This document shows positions 1 to 11,572 of a DNA stretch of 52,395 nt, in pieces. The DNA comes from Chloroflexota bacterium (GTDB lineage: Bacteria > Chloroflexota > Dormibacteria > CF-121), in NCBI GenBank assembly GCA_005881215.1, contig VBDZ01000013.1, positions 1 to 52,395 of the forward strand. Direction: 5' to 3'. Under the pieces are notes generated by a model, which searched no databases, had not been told where the DNA came from, and saw only the letters and a program-made list of their open reading frames with translations. Made by a program: the position numbers and the translations under genes. Every line of letters starts with the position of its first letter. Positions within the stretch are counted from its first letter, which is position 1.

Positions 1-1062
1 GAGGAATTCGTCGCCATCCTGCCCGGGGTCGACATCCAGACGGCGCCCATCCGGGCGCAGGAGATCTGCGACACGCTGGCCAAGGTATTCATGTACAACC
101 CCAAGACCATCTTCGCCCCGCTCACCGCGTCGGTCGGCTGGGCGACCTATCCGGTCGACGCCAAGAACCGCGACGAGCTCCTCAACCGCGCCGACCTCGC
201 CATGTACATGGCGAAGAAGCGCGGCCGCAACTGCATCTGCGGCGCCTGCGAGCTGGAAAGCGTCGCCGCCCTCGACTCGGTGCTCAGCGAGGTGGTCGCC
301 CAGCTGGCCAGCGCCGACACGGTCGGCCCCGGCATGGTCGCCACCCTGGAAAAGCGGCTCGGCCAGATCGCCAACTCGAGCCACCTGGAAGAGCTTGCCG
401 AAGGCATGCTCTCGCCCAACAGCGAGGCCACCCTCGAGGCGCTCAACGCGCTGGCGGCGTCGATCGACGCCAAGGACCCCTACACCAGCGGTCACTCGCA
501 GTCGGTCGCCAAGCTCGCCGAGGACCTGGGCGACATGCTCCAGCTGTCGGCGGCCCACAAGAACCAGCTGCGCCTGGCCGCCATCCTGCACGACGTGGGC
601 AAGATCGGCGTCGTCGACAAGGTCCTGCTCAAGGAAGGCAAGCTCGACGAGGACGAGAAGCTCATCATGCGGATGCACCCCATCCTGGGCGCGCGCATCC
701 TGCAGCCGATCAAGGCCTTCCGCCAGATCCTCAACGTCGTGCTGCACCATCATGAGTGGTATGACGGCAGCGGCTACCCGGATGGATTGGCCGGCCAGAA
801 CATTCCGCTGCACGCGCGCATCGTCTCCGTCTGCGACGCCTATCACGCGATGACGTCGACCCGTCCCTACCGGCAGCGGCGGACCCCGGACTTTGCGCTG
901 GCCCAGCTGGAGGCGGGTAAGGGGACGCAGTTCGACCCGATCATCGTCGACTACTTCATTCAGATGATGCGCAAGCGCCAGGCCGAGAATCCGAACGCCC
1001 TCGAGGCCGACATCCATGACGACCAGCCGGCGGCACCCGATGCCGAGGCGGCGGCGAGCTAA
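1..1062 (+). CDS. GGDEF + HD-GYP cyclic-di-GMP metabolism protein (5'-truncated by window edge)
   Basis: Frame is open from base 1 (EEFVAILP = end of GGEEF). It has TASVG/ADLAMYMAK GGDEF motifs, then KDPYT.GHS, LHDVGK and HHHEWYDGSGYP HD-GYP motifs. Confidence 0.92.
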   Translation, partial: EEFVAILPGVDIQTAPIRAQEICDTLAKVFMYNPKTIFAPLTASVGWATYPVDAKNRDELLNRADLAMYMAKKRGRNCICGACELESVAALDSVLSEVVAQLASADTVGPGMVATLEKRLGQIANSSHLEELAEGMLSPNSEATLEALNALAASIDAKDPYTSGHSQSVAKLAEDLGDMLQLSAAHKNQLRLAAILHDVGKIGVVDKVLLKEGKLDEDEKLIMRMHPILGARILQPIKAFRQILNVVLHHHEWYDGSGYPDGLAGQNIPLHARIVSVCDAYHAMTSTRPYRQRRTPDFALAQLEAGKGTQFDPIIVDYFIQMMRKRQAENPNALEADIHDDQPAAPDAEAAAS

Positions 1063-2111
1063 TGGCGCTGGACGCCAACGGCCATCCCCTCTCGCGGATC
1101 TCGCAACGCAAGCTCGACCATCTCCGCCTTTCGCTGGAGGCCTCGGTCCAGTCGACCCGCAGCGCCGGGTTCGAGCGCTTCGCCTTCACCCACCAGGCCC
1201 TGCCGGAGCTGGACCTCGACGCCGTCGACCCGTCGACGACATTCCTCGGCAAGCCGCTCAAGCTGCCCTTCTTGATCTCGAGCATGACGGGCGGCGCGGC
1301 CGCGGCGGGTGACATCAACCGCCGGCTGGCACTGGTCGCCCAGACCGTCGGACTCGCGTTCGGCGTCGGCTCGCAACGGGCCGGCCTGACCCACAAAGAC
1401 CTGCGCGCCACCTACCAGGTGCGGGGCGTCGCCCCGGACGTGCTCCTGTTCGCCAACCTGGGCGCGGTGCAGCTCAACTACGGGATGCGCACCGAACAGT
1501 GCCTGGAGGCGATCGAGATGATCGAGGCCGACGCGCTGGTGCTGCATCTCAACCCGCTGCAAGAAGCGCTCCAGCCGGAGGGCGACCACAATTTCAAGGG
1601 GTTGACCGAAAAGATCGCGACGCTGTGCGCGGAGCTGCCGGTCCCGGTGATCGTCAAGGAAGTCGGCTGCGGCATCTCCGGACCGGTGGCGGCCCAGCTG
1701 GCCCAGGCCGGGGTGGCGGCGATCGATGTCGCCGGCATGGGCGGCACGAGTTTCGCCCGGGTCGAGGCGTTTCGCCGGGAACGGCCCGAGGAAGTCGAGC
1801 TGGCCCTGGCCTTTTCGGAGTGGGGCATCCCGACGGCGGAGGCGCTGATCGCGACCCACCGCGCCGCTCCCCAGTTGCCGCTGATTGCCAGCGGTGGCCT
1901 GAAACACGGGCTCGACGCCGCCAAGGCGATCGCCATGGGCGCCGACCTGACCGGGTTCGCGCACGCGGTGCTGGCCGCCGCCTCCGAAGGCGAGGAGCCG
2001 GTGCGCCGGCTGCTCGACGGCTTCAAGTGGCAGTTGCAAGTCGCCATGTTCTGCTCTGGCGCGCCCACCATCGCGGCCCTGAAGACGAGTCGCCTTACGG
2101 AAGTTCGATGA
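1062..2111 (+). CDS. fni: type 2 isopentenyl-diphosphate delta-isomerase (FMN-dependent)
   Basis: RKLDH, ISSMTGG, GVGSQR, HLNPLQE, VKEVGCG, GGTSF motifs; TAATG overlap with the upstream stop. Confidence 0.96.
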   Translation: MALDANGHPLSRISQRKLDHLRLSLEASVQSTRSAGFERFAFTHQALPELDLDAVDPSTTFLGKPLKLPFLISSMTGGAAAAGDINRRLALVAQTVGLAFGVGSQRAGLTHKDLRATYQVRGVAPDVLLFANLGAVQLNYGMRTEQCLEAIEMIEADALVLHLNPLQEALQPEGDHNFKGLTEKIATLCAELPVPVIVKEVGCGISGPVAAQLAQAGVAAIDVAGMGGTSFARVEAFRRERPEEVELALAFSEWGIPTAEALIATHRAAPQLPLIASGGLKHGLDAAKAIAMGADLTGFAHAVLAAASEGEEPVRRLLDGFKWQLQVAMFCSGAPTIAALKTSRLTEVR

Positions 2112-2142
2112 TGCGCTCGCCTTTCCACACCGGGGCTCGCTG

Positions 2143-3183
2143 ATGAAGAGCAAGACCTTCGCCAGCCGCACCGACCGCCTGCAGGCGATGAACGCCGCCC
2201 TCGACCGCGAGCTCGGCCGCCTCTCGCAGCGGGCCGGCTCCAGCCAGAGCGCGCTGCTGACCGAGATGGTCCAGTACCACCTGGGGCTGCGCAAGTCGGG
2301 CGACCGGCCGGGCAAACGTCTTCGGGCCAACATCGCGCTGCTCACCTGTGAGGCCTTCGGCCGACGCTACGCCGATGCCGTGTGGGCCGCCGTCGCCGTC
2401 GAGCTGGTCCACAATTTTTCGCTCGTCTTCGACGACGTCCAGGACCGCGACGAACTGCGGCGGGGACGACCCTCGGTCTGGAAGATGTGGGGCACCGGAC
2501 AGGCGATCAATGCCGGCGCGGCGCTCGAGGCGCTCGTCACCCGCGCGGTCGTCGACCTGCTGCCGCCGCGCTACACCGATCGCACCCGGCCCGCCCTCGC
2601 GCTCCTCTCGGAATCCATGCTCGCCCTCTGCCGAGGCCAGGTGCTCGACCTCGAGTTCGAGCAGCGGGTCGACGTGAGCGTCGACGAATACATGGAAATG
2701 ATCGGGCTGAAGACGGCCGCTCTCTTCGACGCCGCCGCGCGGCTGGGCGGGATCGCCGCCGGGGTGGGCGACGCGGCGTTGGACAAAGCGGGCAAGTTTG
2801 GGCACCACCTTGGCATTGCGTTTCAGGTGATCGATGACATCGTCGGGGTCTGGGGTTCGTCGACCCAGACCGGCAAGGCGATGGGCAGCGACCTGAAGAA
2901 TGGGAAAAAGACCCTCCCCACGCTGGTCGCCCTGCGCAGCGGCCCAGCCGGCAACCGGCGGGTGCTGCGCTCGCTGCTGGCCCGAGCCCGATTCACCGCT
3001 GCCGAGATGGAGACCGCCCGCGCCATCATGACCCAGTCGAGCGCCCAGGCGATCTGCCGCCGGCACGCCGCCGAGCACCTCGCCGAAGCCCGGATGCAGC
3101 TTTTTGGCATGACCGACCGTCCAAACTGGGCCGTTCGCGCCCTGGCCGAGATGGTCACCACCCTGGAGTCGGGACTGGTCTAG
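2143..3183 (+). CDS. short-chain polyprenyl synthetase, probably geranylgeranyl diphosphate synthase
   Basis: GKRLR, FARM HNFSLVFDDVQD..RRG (Phe five residues before the FARM suggests a short-chain product), GQ.LD, KTA, FQ..DDIVG. Confidence 0.92.
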   Translation: MKSKTFASRTDRLQAMNAALDRELGRLSQRAGSSQSALLTEMVQYHLGLRKSGDRPGKRLRANIALLTCEAFGRRYADAVWAAVAVELVHNFSLVFDDVQDRDELRRGRPSVWKMWGTGQAINAGAALEALVTRAVVDLLPPRYTDRTRPALALLSESMLALCRGQVLDLEFEQRVDVSVDEYMEMIGLKTAALFDAAARLGGIAAGVGDAALDKAGKFGHHLGIAFQVIDDIVGVWGSSTQTGKAMGSDLKNGKKTLPTLVALRSGPAGNRRVLRSLLARARFTAAEMETARAIMTQSSAQAICRRHAAEHLAEARMQLFGMTDRPNWAVRALAEMVTTLESGLV

Positions 3184-3246
3184 AGGCGTGCTCGGCGTAC
3201 GCGGGGGGCGCGCTTTTGGCGCGACTGGCACAATAGACGGTGGAGG

Positions 3247-4011
3247 TTGGGGTCAACGGCGGTTCCGGCACGCACCCCGAGGGTCGTGACCTATGTAATT
3301 TGGGCGTTGCTCGCGCTGCTCGCGCTGGGCCAGCCGGCCGCGAAGGCTCCGGCGATGGCGCCCAGCGAGGTGCTTGGCGTGCACGCGAACGCTGACGGGC
3401 AGGGCCTGCAGGGCAAGGTCTACGTCGCCCTGGGCGACTCGATCAGCGCCGGCCGCTACGGGACGGCGCCGGACGACATCTTTCCCGCCATCGTGGCCGA
3501 CAAGCTCGGAATGTCGCTCAACCTGATCGCCCGCAGCGGCACCAAGGCCGGCTGGGGCGTGACCGAGACCGGGGCGGTGACGGCGGCGCACCCGGCGCTG
3601 GTGACGATCGAGCTGGGGACCAACGATGTCGGCTTCTCCACTCCGGCCGACGCCTTCGCCTCCCAGTACGACACCCTCGTCGCGGCCGTCTCCGCACCGA
3701 CCACGCGGGTGCTGTGCCTCGGCAGCTGGCTGCCCTCCGCCGGCTTCGACGCGATCATCGCCGCTGCCTGCCAGCGGCACGGCGGCGTCTACGTCAGCCT
3801 CGACGGCTTCTACGGCGTCAATGATTTCCATGCCTCGGACGGCGGGTCGAGCTACCTGGGTCGAACGGATTGGTTCCATCCGGGCGACCAGGGACACGCC
3901 GCCATCGCGGCCGCGGTGCTGGCGGCCCTGGGCGCCGGGCCGGCTCCGCTGGTCGGTCCCCTCCCCACCGTCTCGCCCGTCGGGGACGTCATCCGCACCC
4001 ATCCGAAGTAG
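3247..4011 (+). CDS. secreted SGNH/GDSL hydrolase (start uncertain)
   Basis: Hydrophobic N-terminal signal; LGDSIS, GTND and D.FHP blocks. Confidence 0.88.
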   Translation: MGSTAVPARTPRVVTYVIWALLALLALGQPAAKAPAMAPSEVLGVHANADGQGLQGKVYVALGDSISAGRYGTAPDDIFPAIVADKLGMSLNLIARSGTKAGWGVTETGAVTAAHPALVTIELGTNDVGFSTPADAFASQYDTLVAAVSAPTTRVLCLGSWLPSAGFDAIIAAACQRHGGVYVSLDGFYGVNDFHASDGGSSYLGRTDWFHPGDQGHAAIAAAVLAALGAGPAPLVGPLPTVSPVGDVIRTHPK

Positions 4012-4031
4012 GGCACAGCGAGCTCAGCGGT

Positions 4032-5657
4032 TCAGCCCTCGAGCACGTCGCCGATTTTCAAGGCGAGGTGCAGCCCGAGTCGGACTTCCGCATCGCGCAG
4101 GTCGACGCCGAGGAGATCTTCGATTCGCCCCAGGCGGTAGAGCACCGTATTCCGATGGAGGTGCAGCCGTTCCGCCGCATCGGTGGGGCTGCCATTGGTC
4201 GCGAGGTACGCCTCCAGGGTTTGCAGCAACACCCCACCCCGATCCTTCGGGCGTAACCGCTCCAGCGCCTCGTCCCGGAAGGCGCGCAGCTCGGGCAGCG
4301 GCTGCAGGGCATAGAGCAGCCGGTACAGCCCCAGATCGGCGAAGGCGGTGATGCTGTCAGCGCCAAACAGGCGGCGGCCCATCACCATCGCCTGCTCCGC
4401 CTCGCGCGCAGCGGCGGCGACCTCGCGGCCGCCCGATCGCACCGCGCCATAGCCGAGCGCGAGCGGGGTGGCGGCCGCGGATTTGGCGGCGTGGTGCAAT
4501 TGCTCCACCAGCGCCCTGGGCTCAGGCGCTCGCCGCGCCGCGAGGCTGATCAACGCCACCGTCCCCGCCCCACGCTCGCGCACCAGGGCGGCGGTGCGCA
4601 TGGTGGCCAGCAGCCGTTCCCACGCAGCCCGGATCCTGGTGGCTGTCGCTGTGTCGTTCGCCTCGGCGGCGCAGGCCAGGTAGGGCGCCTCGACATCGAA
4701 GCCTTTGCGCTTCGCCCGCTCGCGGGCGGCGTCGTGCGAGCCGGGCCGACCCGCGGTCAGCACGTCCAGCAGCTCCTCCTCGACTTCGTCGCGGGCGTCG
4801 CGCGCGGCGCGGGCGCGAACCAGCTCGATGGCGCAGGCGTGGGCGGCCCGCCCGACCGCCAACCGGTGCATCTCGCCCAGTTCGCCGTCAGACCCGAGCA
4901 ACGACAGGTAACCCGCGATGCTGCCCTGCACCAGGATTGGTGCGATCAAGCGGGCCTCTCCGCTCCCCAACGACCGGAGCGCAACCGGCGGGTCGAAGGC
5001 GCTGAGCGGCACTTCGCGCAGCCAGTCGTCCAGCGCCGGGCGCTCCCCGGCGATGGCGGCGGCGGTGGCCTCCGACAGCCGGCCGGCGCCCACGTAATCG
5101 ACGCCCGAATCGCGCTCGAGCACGACCGGGACGCCGGTCAGCTCATTCAGCCGTACGAGCAACGCCGGCAACCCGCGACCCGCCAGGGCCAGCTCGCTCA
5201 GCTGGCGGTGGAGGTCCTGGGCGCGCTCGTGCAAGGCGGCTCGCTGGTCGACGATGAAGCGGAGCACTTGCTGCTCGACCTGGTCGAGCGGCAGGCTTCC
5301 CGCCAGCGCAAAGACCGGAAGGCCGTGCGCCTCGGCAACCCGCCGAGCCTCGGGCGAGACGCGACCCAGGATGGCGGCACCGGCGATGCCCTGCCCGGCC
5401 AGCGACTCGAGCAAGCGGGCGAGCGTCAGGCGGGAGTCGACGGCGGCCAGTACCTGGGGATCGATCAGCAGCAGCTCGCCGCCGCGAAGTGGCGTAAAGG
5501 CCGGCGGGCGCGCCCGCAGGGCCGTGCACCAGACGACCTCGCGGCGGCTGCCGCCGGCCCCGGCAACCAGCTGGGTGTCTTTCGGTAGGGCGCCGTGCCA
5601 CACATCGTCGACGGTGACATGGGGATGAGGCGGGGCAACCGGCTTCTGCGAGGGCAT
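4032..5657 (-). CDS. PucR family transcriptional regulator
   Basis: N-terminal LVAGAGG purine-catabolism-type sensor domain; C-terminal HTH AAERLHLHRNTVLYRLGRIE. Confidence 0.92.
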   Translation of the reverse strand: MPSQKPVAPPHPHVTVDDVWHGALPKDTQLVAGAGGSRREVVWCTALRARPPAFTPLRGGELLLIDPQVLAAVDSRLTLARLLESLAGQGIAGAAILGRVSPEARRVAEAHGLPVFALAGSLPLDQVEQQVLRFIVDQRAALHERAQDLHRQLSELALAGRGLPALLVRLNELTGVPVVLERDSGVDYVGAGRLSEATAAAIAGERPALDDWLREVPLSAFDPPVALRSLGSGEARLIAPILVQGSIAGYLSLLGSDGELGEMHRLAVGRAAHACAIELVRARAARDARDEVEEELLDVLTAGRPGSHDAARERAKRKGFDVEAPYLACAAEANDTATATRIRAAWERLLATMRTAALVRERGAGTVALISLAARRAPEPRALVEQLHHAAKSAAATPLALGYGAVRSGGREVAAAAREAEQAMVMGRRLFGADSITAFADLGLYRLLYALQPLPELRAFRDEALERLRPKDRGGVLLQTLEAYLATNGSPTDAAERLHLHRNTVLYRLGRIEDLLGVDLRDAEVRLGLHLALKIGDVLEG

Positions 5658-5755
5658 TGTTCGTGCGCCGCGCCCTACGGCAACGGACCGATCGGTATTA
5701 TCCCACAGGCCGGCTCGGGTCTTTCAGACGGCGCGCACAAGCCGTCGGGCCGGTG

Positions 5756-6193
5756 CTAGGCGGTTCGCACCCGCCGCCGCGAGGGGCGGGCGGGTTTGGG
5801 CGGCGATTCGCGTCGCTTTGACGGCGCCTTCTTCTCGCCGTTTCCGCTGCTCGCCGACGCCCGCGTCCTGGCCGGCGCCTTCCAGAGCGATTCCAGATCG
5901 TAATAGGAGCGCTCGCCCGGCAGGAACACGTGCACGATGACGCTGGCGTAGTCGAGGACCACCCAGGAACCCTCTTCATAGCCGGCGGTTCGCAGCGGCC
6001 GGACCCCTTTGGCGCGGGCGGCTTCGATGATGGCGTCGGTGATGGCGCGAACCTGCCGGTCGGTATCGCCCTCGCAGATCACGAAGTAGTCTGCGATGGA
6101 GGATTTTTGACGGATGTCCAGCCTGACGATTCCCCGCGCCTTCTTGTCCGCCGCCGCATCGGCGATGAGCCGGCTGAGCTGAAGGGGGGTCAC
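5756..6193 (-). CDS. rsfS: ribosome silencing factor RsfS
   Basis: DKKA, IADYFVIC.G...RQV.AI, WVVLDY..VIVHVF, R.YYDLE.LW; nadD-rsfS synteny. Confidence 0.95.
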   Translation of the reverse strand: MTPLQLSRLIADAAADKKARGIVRLDIRQKSSIADYFVICEGDTDRQVRAITDAIIEAARAKGVRPLRTAGYEEGSWVVLDYASVIVHVFLPGERSYYDLESLWKAPARTRASASSGNGEKKAPSKRRESPPKPARPSRRRVRTA

Positions 6194-6200
6194 CGAGACG

Positions 6201-6209
6201 ATTATCCCA
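6201..6209 (-). promoter_or_regulatory. extended -10 (TGgGATAAT), leaderless-type promoter of rsfS
   Basis: GATAAT lies 7 nt upstream of the GTG with no SD. The same TGGGATAAT nonamer occurs upstream of pucR (5697-5705). Confidence 0.55.
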
Positions 6210-6227
6210 AGAGCGCGCCAGCCGCCG

Positions 6228-8127
<1,900 letters not shown>

Positions 8128-8150
8128 TCAATCACCCGGGTCGGAATAGC

Positions 8151-8411
8151 CTAGACCGCTTCGGCGAGCACCGAGACTTTCTTGCGCTTATGGCCGGTCC
8201 GCTCGAAACGCACGACCCCGTCGACCAGCGCGAACAGGGTGTGATCACGCCCCATCCCGACGTTGGTCCCGGGGAAGATCGCGGTGCCGCGCTGGCGAAG
8301 AATGATCGTCCCGGCATTGACCGCCTGGCCGGCGCCGGTCTTCATCCCGAGCCGCTGCCCGACACTGTCGCGTCCGTTGCGTGAACTGCCTGCGCCTTTC
8401 TTGTGTGCCAT
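8151..8411 (-). CDS. rpmA: 50S ribosomal protein L27
   Basis: [31 protein letters not shown]. Confidence 0.98.
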   Translation of the reverse strand: MAHKKGAGSSRNGRDSVGQRLGMKTGAGQAVNAGTIILRQRGTAIFPGTNVGMGRDHTLFALVDGVVRFERTGHKRKKVSVLAEAV

Positions 8412-8414
8412 TGG

Positions 8415-8885
8415 CTACTCCTCAGTCGGGGTCGCGGGGGTTCCCGCGGGTGTCGTCTTTTTCGCGCTGGCCGTCGCCGCTTTGCGCGATCTCGCGGCGG
8501 GCCGGCCGCCGGTCGATCGCTCACCACTCGCGGGCCGCTCCGCCGACCCCGGCTGCTCGGCCGCGCGGTCGCCGGGGGCCCGGATGGCGCCAATCCGGAG
8601 CTCCGAAAGTTGCTGGCGATGCCCGGTCTTTCGCCGGTGCCGCTTGCGCGCCTCGAACTTGAACACAATGATCTTGTCGCCGGACCGGTGGGCGACGACG
8701 GTCGCCTCGACCGCCGCGCCGTCGACGAAGGGGGTGCCGACCAGCGGCTTGCTATCGCCGCCGAGCAGCAACACCGAGCCGAGCCGCACCGTCTGGCCGA
8801 CGTTGGCGGACACCCGATCGACCAGGATCCGGTCGCCTTCGGTCACCTTGAACTGCTTTCCGCTGGTGGCAACAATGGCATACAT
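8415..8885 (-). CDS. rplU: 50S ribosomal protein L21 with low-complexity C-terminal extension
   Basis: MYAIVATSGKQFKV..G, VGTPFV.GA.V, GHRQ; directly upstream of rpmA. Confidence 0.96.
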   Translation of the reverse strand: MYAIVATSGKQFKVTEGDRILVDRVSANVGQTVRLGSVLLLGGDSKPLVGTPFVDGAAVEATVVAHRSGDKIIVFKFEARKRHRRKTGHRQQLSELRIGAIRAPGDRAAEQPGSAERPASGERSTGGRPAARSRKAATASAKKTTPAGTPATPTEE

Positions 8886-8920
8886 GGCAGTAGCGCCCCC
8901 GGGCGCGACTCCGTAGTTTA

Positions 8921-9586
8921 TCACGCGATCTGCTCGGGGCCCTGGTCGACGTGGTTCTCGTAGAAGCGGGTGATCTCGGCCTGGTCGTACGAGTCGAGAA
9001 ACTCGACGTAGTGCCAGGCGACCAGCGCGATCTTCTTCTGCATCCCCCGGCTGTAGGGCGTCATCACCAGCTTGACCTCGTTGAACTGTGGTTCTGCGGG
9101 TGCGATGTTTAACACGTAGTCCTGCAGCGTGTTCTTGAGCGTGGCGCAGTCGCTCCCGCTGGGGCAGTTGTACAGAATCGCGATCCCGCCATGCTCGAGG
9201 TTATGGACGAATTGCCCCTCGACCAGGTTGTCGACCGTCTTCCACCGCACCGGGGCGCTGCCGGCCACCGAATAATGCGGGCCTGATGTCGGCGGATAGA
9301 ACTTGTAGGTCCAGGTGGTGGAGGGATCAATGTGCGTGGCCGTCCCCTCGTCCGGGACCTGGGTCCCGACGGTACCGCTGACCGTCTGGAACGTGAGCCG
9401 GTTCTTGTTCGCCAGATTCGCCAGGTTATTGAGGTAGAGCGCCACCAGCAGGATGGCGAGCGCCGCCGCACCCAGCACGCCGCCGATGATGTACAGGTTG
9501 CGACGATCGCGGGCGCGCTGTCGCGCCGCGGCCTCCTCGCGTTGCTGCTGCCGAAGCGCCTTCAACTCACGCTGGGTTCGAGACAT
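8921..9586 (-). CDS. DUF3105-like membrane-anchored extracytoplasmic protein
   Basis: Basic N-terminus plus one TM; PPTSGPHY, VHNLEHG, IALVAW, GPE motifs. Confidence 0.85.
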   Translation of the reverse strand: MSRTQRELKALRQQQREEAAARQRARDRRNLYIIGGVLGAAALAILLVALYLNNLANLANKNRLTFQTVSGTVGTQVPDEGTATHIDPSTTWTYKFYPPTSGPHYSVAGSAPVRWKTVDNLVEGQFVHNLEHGGIAILYNCPSGSDCATLKNTLQDYVLNIAPAEPQFNEVKLVMTPYSRGMQKKIALVAWHYVEFLDSYDQAEITRFYENHVDQGPEQIA

Positions 9587-9627
9587 ATTCCGGCCCTACA
9601 TTCTCTCAGGCGTGACCAAGAATTCGA

Positions 9628-10977
9628 TTAGCTCGCCGTCACGATCACGGGCGACTGGTCCGAGCCGCCGGTGATCTGGGCGTTGCTGCTGTTGCCGGAG
9701 ACGACGTTCGGATGCGGCCCCAGCGAGGCCCCGTTGATCTTCGCCGTAAAGGTGATCACCAGGGTGGCGCCGTTGAAGCCGCCGGCCGGCACCACGAACG
9801 GGCCCCACTGCGGCGTCGCCGATCCGGCGGCCGGCTGCAGCCGCGAGCCGACTGATTTTCCATTGATCACGATCCCATTGGTCCCCTGGTAGCTAAAGCC
9901 CTGCGGCAGGGTATCGGTGACCGTCACCGACTGGGCGGCATCGGTGCTGTCGTTCTCGACCGTGATCACGTAGGTGACGGTCCCGTTTTGGGCCGCGTAC
10001 GGTGCGGTCGGGGCGACCGTCATGGTGATCGGCACCCTGGTGCCCTTGCCCACCGCGAGCGGTGCCGTATTGCCGATGGTTTGCGGCGGGATGTCCTTGA
10101 GGCCGGTGACGGCCGCGGTCAGGTTGTAGATTCCGGGGGCGACCCCGGGTAAGACTCGGGCCTGAAAGGTGAGCTGCAGCAGCCCGGCCGCGCCGTTGCT
10201 GGCCCCCGGGATATCCCAGGACGACCAGAGCGGGAGCAGGCTGTTTCCCGGTGGATCCACCGCGCTGACGCGCACGCTGTTGCCCACATAGCCGGTGGTC
10301 GCGTTATAGAGAAACCCCGGCGCCAGGCTGACCGAGACGGCCACCCCCTTCGCCACCGCGGAGCCGACGTTGCTCACCGAGATGACGTAGGTCGCCAGGC
10401 TGCCGGTGGTCACTTGTGCGCTCGCCGCCGCGGCGGTGAGCGTGAGCGACGGTCGTGGCTCGACCACCAGGCCGACCGGGTTGCTCTGGTCGATCTCGGC
10501 CGGCGTCGAGGTGATGACCTTGACCTGGTTCTGATAGTCGCCGGGCTTGACTGCCGCCTGCACCGTGAAGCTCAGGATCAGCTCGCTCAGCGTGTTGCCG
10601 TTACCGGCCGGTATCGTCCACGTTCCCCAGCGCGGATTTCCGGTGGCGGCCGGTTCGCTGGTCGCGGTCCGGATGGCGTTGCCCCCCAGGGTGGTGAACT
10701 CGTAGTAGCGAAAGCCCGCCGGCAGCACGTCCTCGATGGTCACGCCGCGGGCGGGTCCGGCACCGGTGTTGCGGATCGACAGCGTCAGCCCGGTGAACGC
10801 GCCGGGCGAGAGATGGCCCTTGTGGTCGGTGCCGGTGGTGGCATCGGTGCTCTGGCTGATGACCAGTCGTGAGGCAGCGCTGGGACCGCAGCCGCTAACG
10901 GCGAGCGGACCGAGCAGCAGCAGGCCGGCGGCCAGCACTCGGCGAGACGTGATTCGAAAACGCTTTCTGCAACTCAT
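9628..10977 (-). CDS. lipoprotein with three tandem DUF11-like (Ig-like) domains
   Basis: Signal peptide with lipobox VSGC; three repeats of Y/L.I.V.N.G..A..V.V.D.LP.GF.Y ... P.W..W.IP. Confidence 0.85.
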   Translation of the reverse strand: MSCRKRFRITSRRVLAAGLLLLGPLAVSGCGPSAASRLVISQSTDATTGTDHKGHLSPGAFTGLTLSIRNTGAGPARGVTIEDVLPAGFRYYEFTTLGGNAIRTATSEPAATGNPRWGTWTIPAGNGNTLSELILSFTVQAAVKPGDYQNQVKVITSTPAEIDQSNPVGLVVEPRPSLTLTAAAASAQVTTGSLATYVISVSNVGSAVAKGVAVSVSLAPGFLYNATTGYVGNSVRVSAVDPPGNSLLPLWSSWDIPGASNGAAGLLQLTFQARVLPGVAPGIYNLTAAVTGLKDIPPQTIGNTAPLAVGKGTRVPITMTVAPTAPYAAQNGTVTYVITVENDSTDAAQSVTVTDTLPQGFSYQGTNGIVINGKSVGSRLQPAAGSATPQWGPFVVPAGGFNGATLVITFTAKINGASLGPHPNVVSGNSSNAQITGGSDQSPVIVTAS

Positions 10978-11572
10978 CCGGATTCTTTGCCGGAACCGGG
11001 ATCCCGCATTCGTCCAGCAATCGCCGGAGCAGGCGCATCGGCATCCCAACGACGTTGTCGTAGGGCCCGCGGATCGAGGCGATCAGGCGCCGGCCCTCGC
11101 CCTGTATAGCGTAAGCACCGGCCTTATCCTGCGCTTCACCGCTGCGGAGATAGGCGAGGATCTCCGGTTCAATTTCACGCATGGTGACATCCGTCCGAGA
11201 AACACCGTGAACCCGGCGCCCCGAACGCCCATCGATGACGTGCAGCGCGGTGTAGACCTGGTGGGTCCGGCCACTGAGCGCCCGCAGGAATTCCGCCGCC
11301 TGCTCCAGATCGCGCGGCTTGCCAAAAATCCGCCCTCGCAAGACGACCTCGGTGTCGGCGCCGAGGACGACCGCGTCCGGCATTCTTGCGGCCACCGCCT
11401 GGGCTTTGGCCGCGGCCGCCCAGGCCACGTAACGCATTGCCCCCAAGGGTGCCGGCGGACGCTCGTCGATGCCCGGCGGCACGGCTGAAAACGGAATCTG
11501 CCAGCGGGTCAACATCTCGATGCGGCGCGGCGAGGACGAGGCGAGCACCAGCGGGGGTGCGCTGTTTTTCAT
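10895..11572 (-). CDS. maf: Maf family nucleotide pyrophosphatase (YhdE-type dTTP/UTP)
   Basis: LVLASSSPRR, GADTEV, GKP, LSGRTH, DKAGAYAIQG, NVVGMP; TGATG overlap with the upstream gene. Confidence 0.93.
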   Translation of the reverse strand: MKNSAPPLVLASSSPRRIEMLTRWQIPFSAVPPGIDERPPAPLGAMRYVAWAAAAKAQAVAARMPDAVVLGADTEVVLRGRIFGKPRDLEQAAEFLRALSGRTHQVYTALHVIDGRSGRRVHGVSRTDVTMREIEPEILAYLRSGEAQDKAGAYAIQGEGRRLIASIRGPYDNVVGMPMRLLRRLLDECGIPVPAKNPDELQKAFSNHVSPSAGRRPAAARSARR

